From NCBI GenBank assembly GCA_039586365.1, contig JBDHKN010000045.1:1-37389 (forward strand): DNA of 37,389 nt, read 5' to 3'. Numbering within the stretch: the first letter of the stretch is position 1; each line of letters opens with the position of its first letter. The notes beneath the pieces were generated by a model, which did no database searches, had not been told where the DNA came from, and was given only the letters and a program-made list of their open reading frames with translations. A program made the position numbers and the translations under genes. The DNA comes from Gemmatimonadota bacterium. GTDB taxonomy: Bacteria; Gemmatimonadota; Gemmatimonadetes; Gemmatimonadales; GWC2-71-9. Shown one piece after another: positions 37,389 to 37,389 of this stretch.

Positions 37389-37389
37389 G

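Noticed and set aside
1..37389. tRNA/rRNA genes and IS elements
   Set aside because: The GGTTCGA-like hits I saw fall inside coding regions with no cloverleaf; no transposase ORF or terminal inverted repeats were found.

Overview
GC-rich bacterial chromosomal segment. The gene styles are reminiscent of Gemmatimonadota, but that is inference only. It holds about 32 recognisable housekeeping, envelope and peptide-catabolism genes. I found no tRNA, rRNA, CRISPR array, integrase or transposase. Left to right: an S9 dipeptidyl-peptidase IV (5'-truncated, with an in-frame TAG at 46-48), a PLP aminotransferase, a DUF4097 repeat protein, a HAD hydrolase, a DUF5916 outer-membrane protein, a Spy/CpxP-like protein, a Ca2+/H+ antiporter, a secreted Zn metalloprotease, an SPFH + Arc-type repressor operon with a visible promoter and operator, MgtC/DUF4010, dut, rmuC, DUF4139, YpdA reductase, a PC4-like protein, lipoproteins, di-heme cytochrome c peroxidase, dacB, queF-queC-queE, a crotonase, an M20 peptidase and an OmpA lipoprotein. 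The right end holds an apparent amino-acid fermentation operon: fused 2-oxoacid:ferredoxin oxidoreductase beta-gamma, an Ald-like protein lacking the usual substrate-binding Lys, a CoA transferase and an SDR threonine dehydrogenase. Signals the ORF track misses: the amber codon in the otherwise intact peptidase, several heavily decayed gene relics in intergenic gaps (EEP phosphoesterase, TPR tail, cytidine deaminase, DUF2911, possibly CcmC), ECF-type promoters before three envelope genes, and a 10-bp tandem repeat over a stop codon. I cannot support a clear-cut new multi-gene system. The best candidates are the amber codon, the operon with the Ald variant and the SPFH-RHH autoregulatory module.
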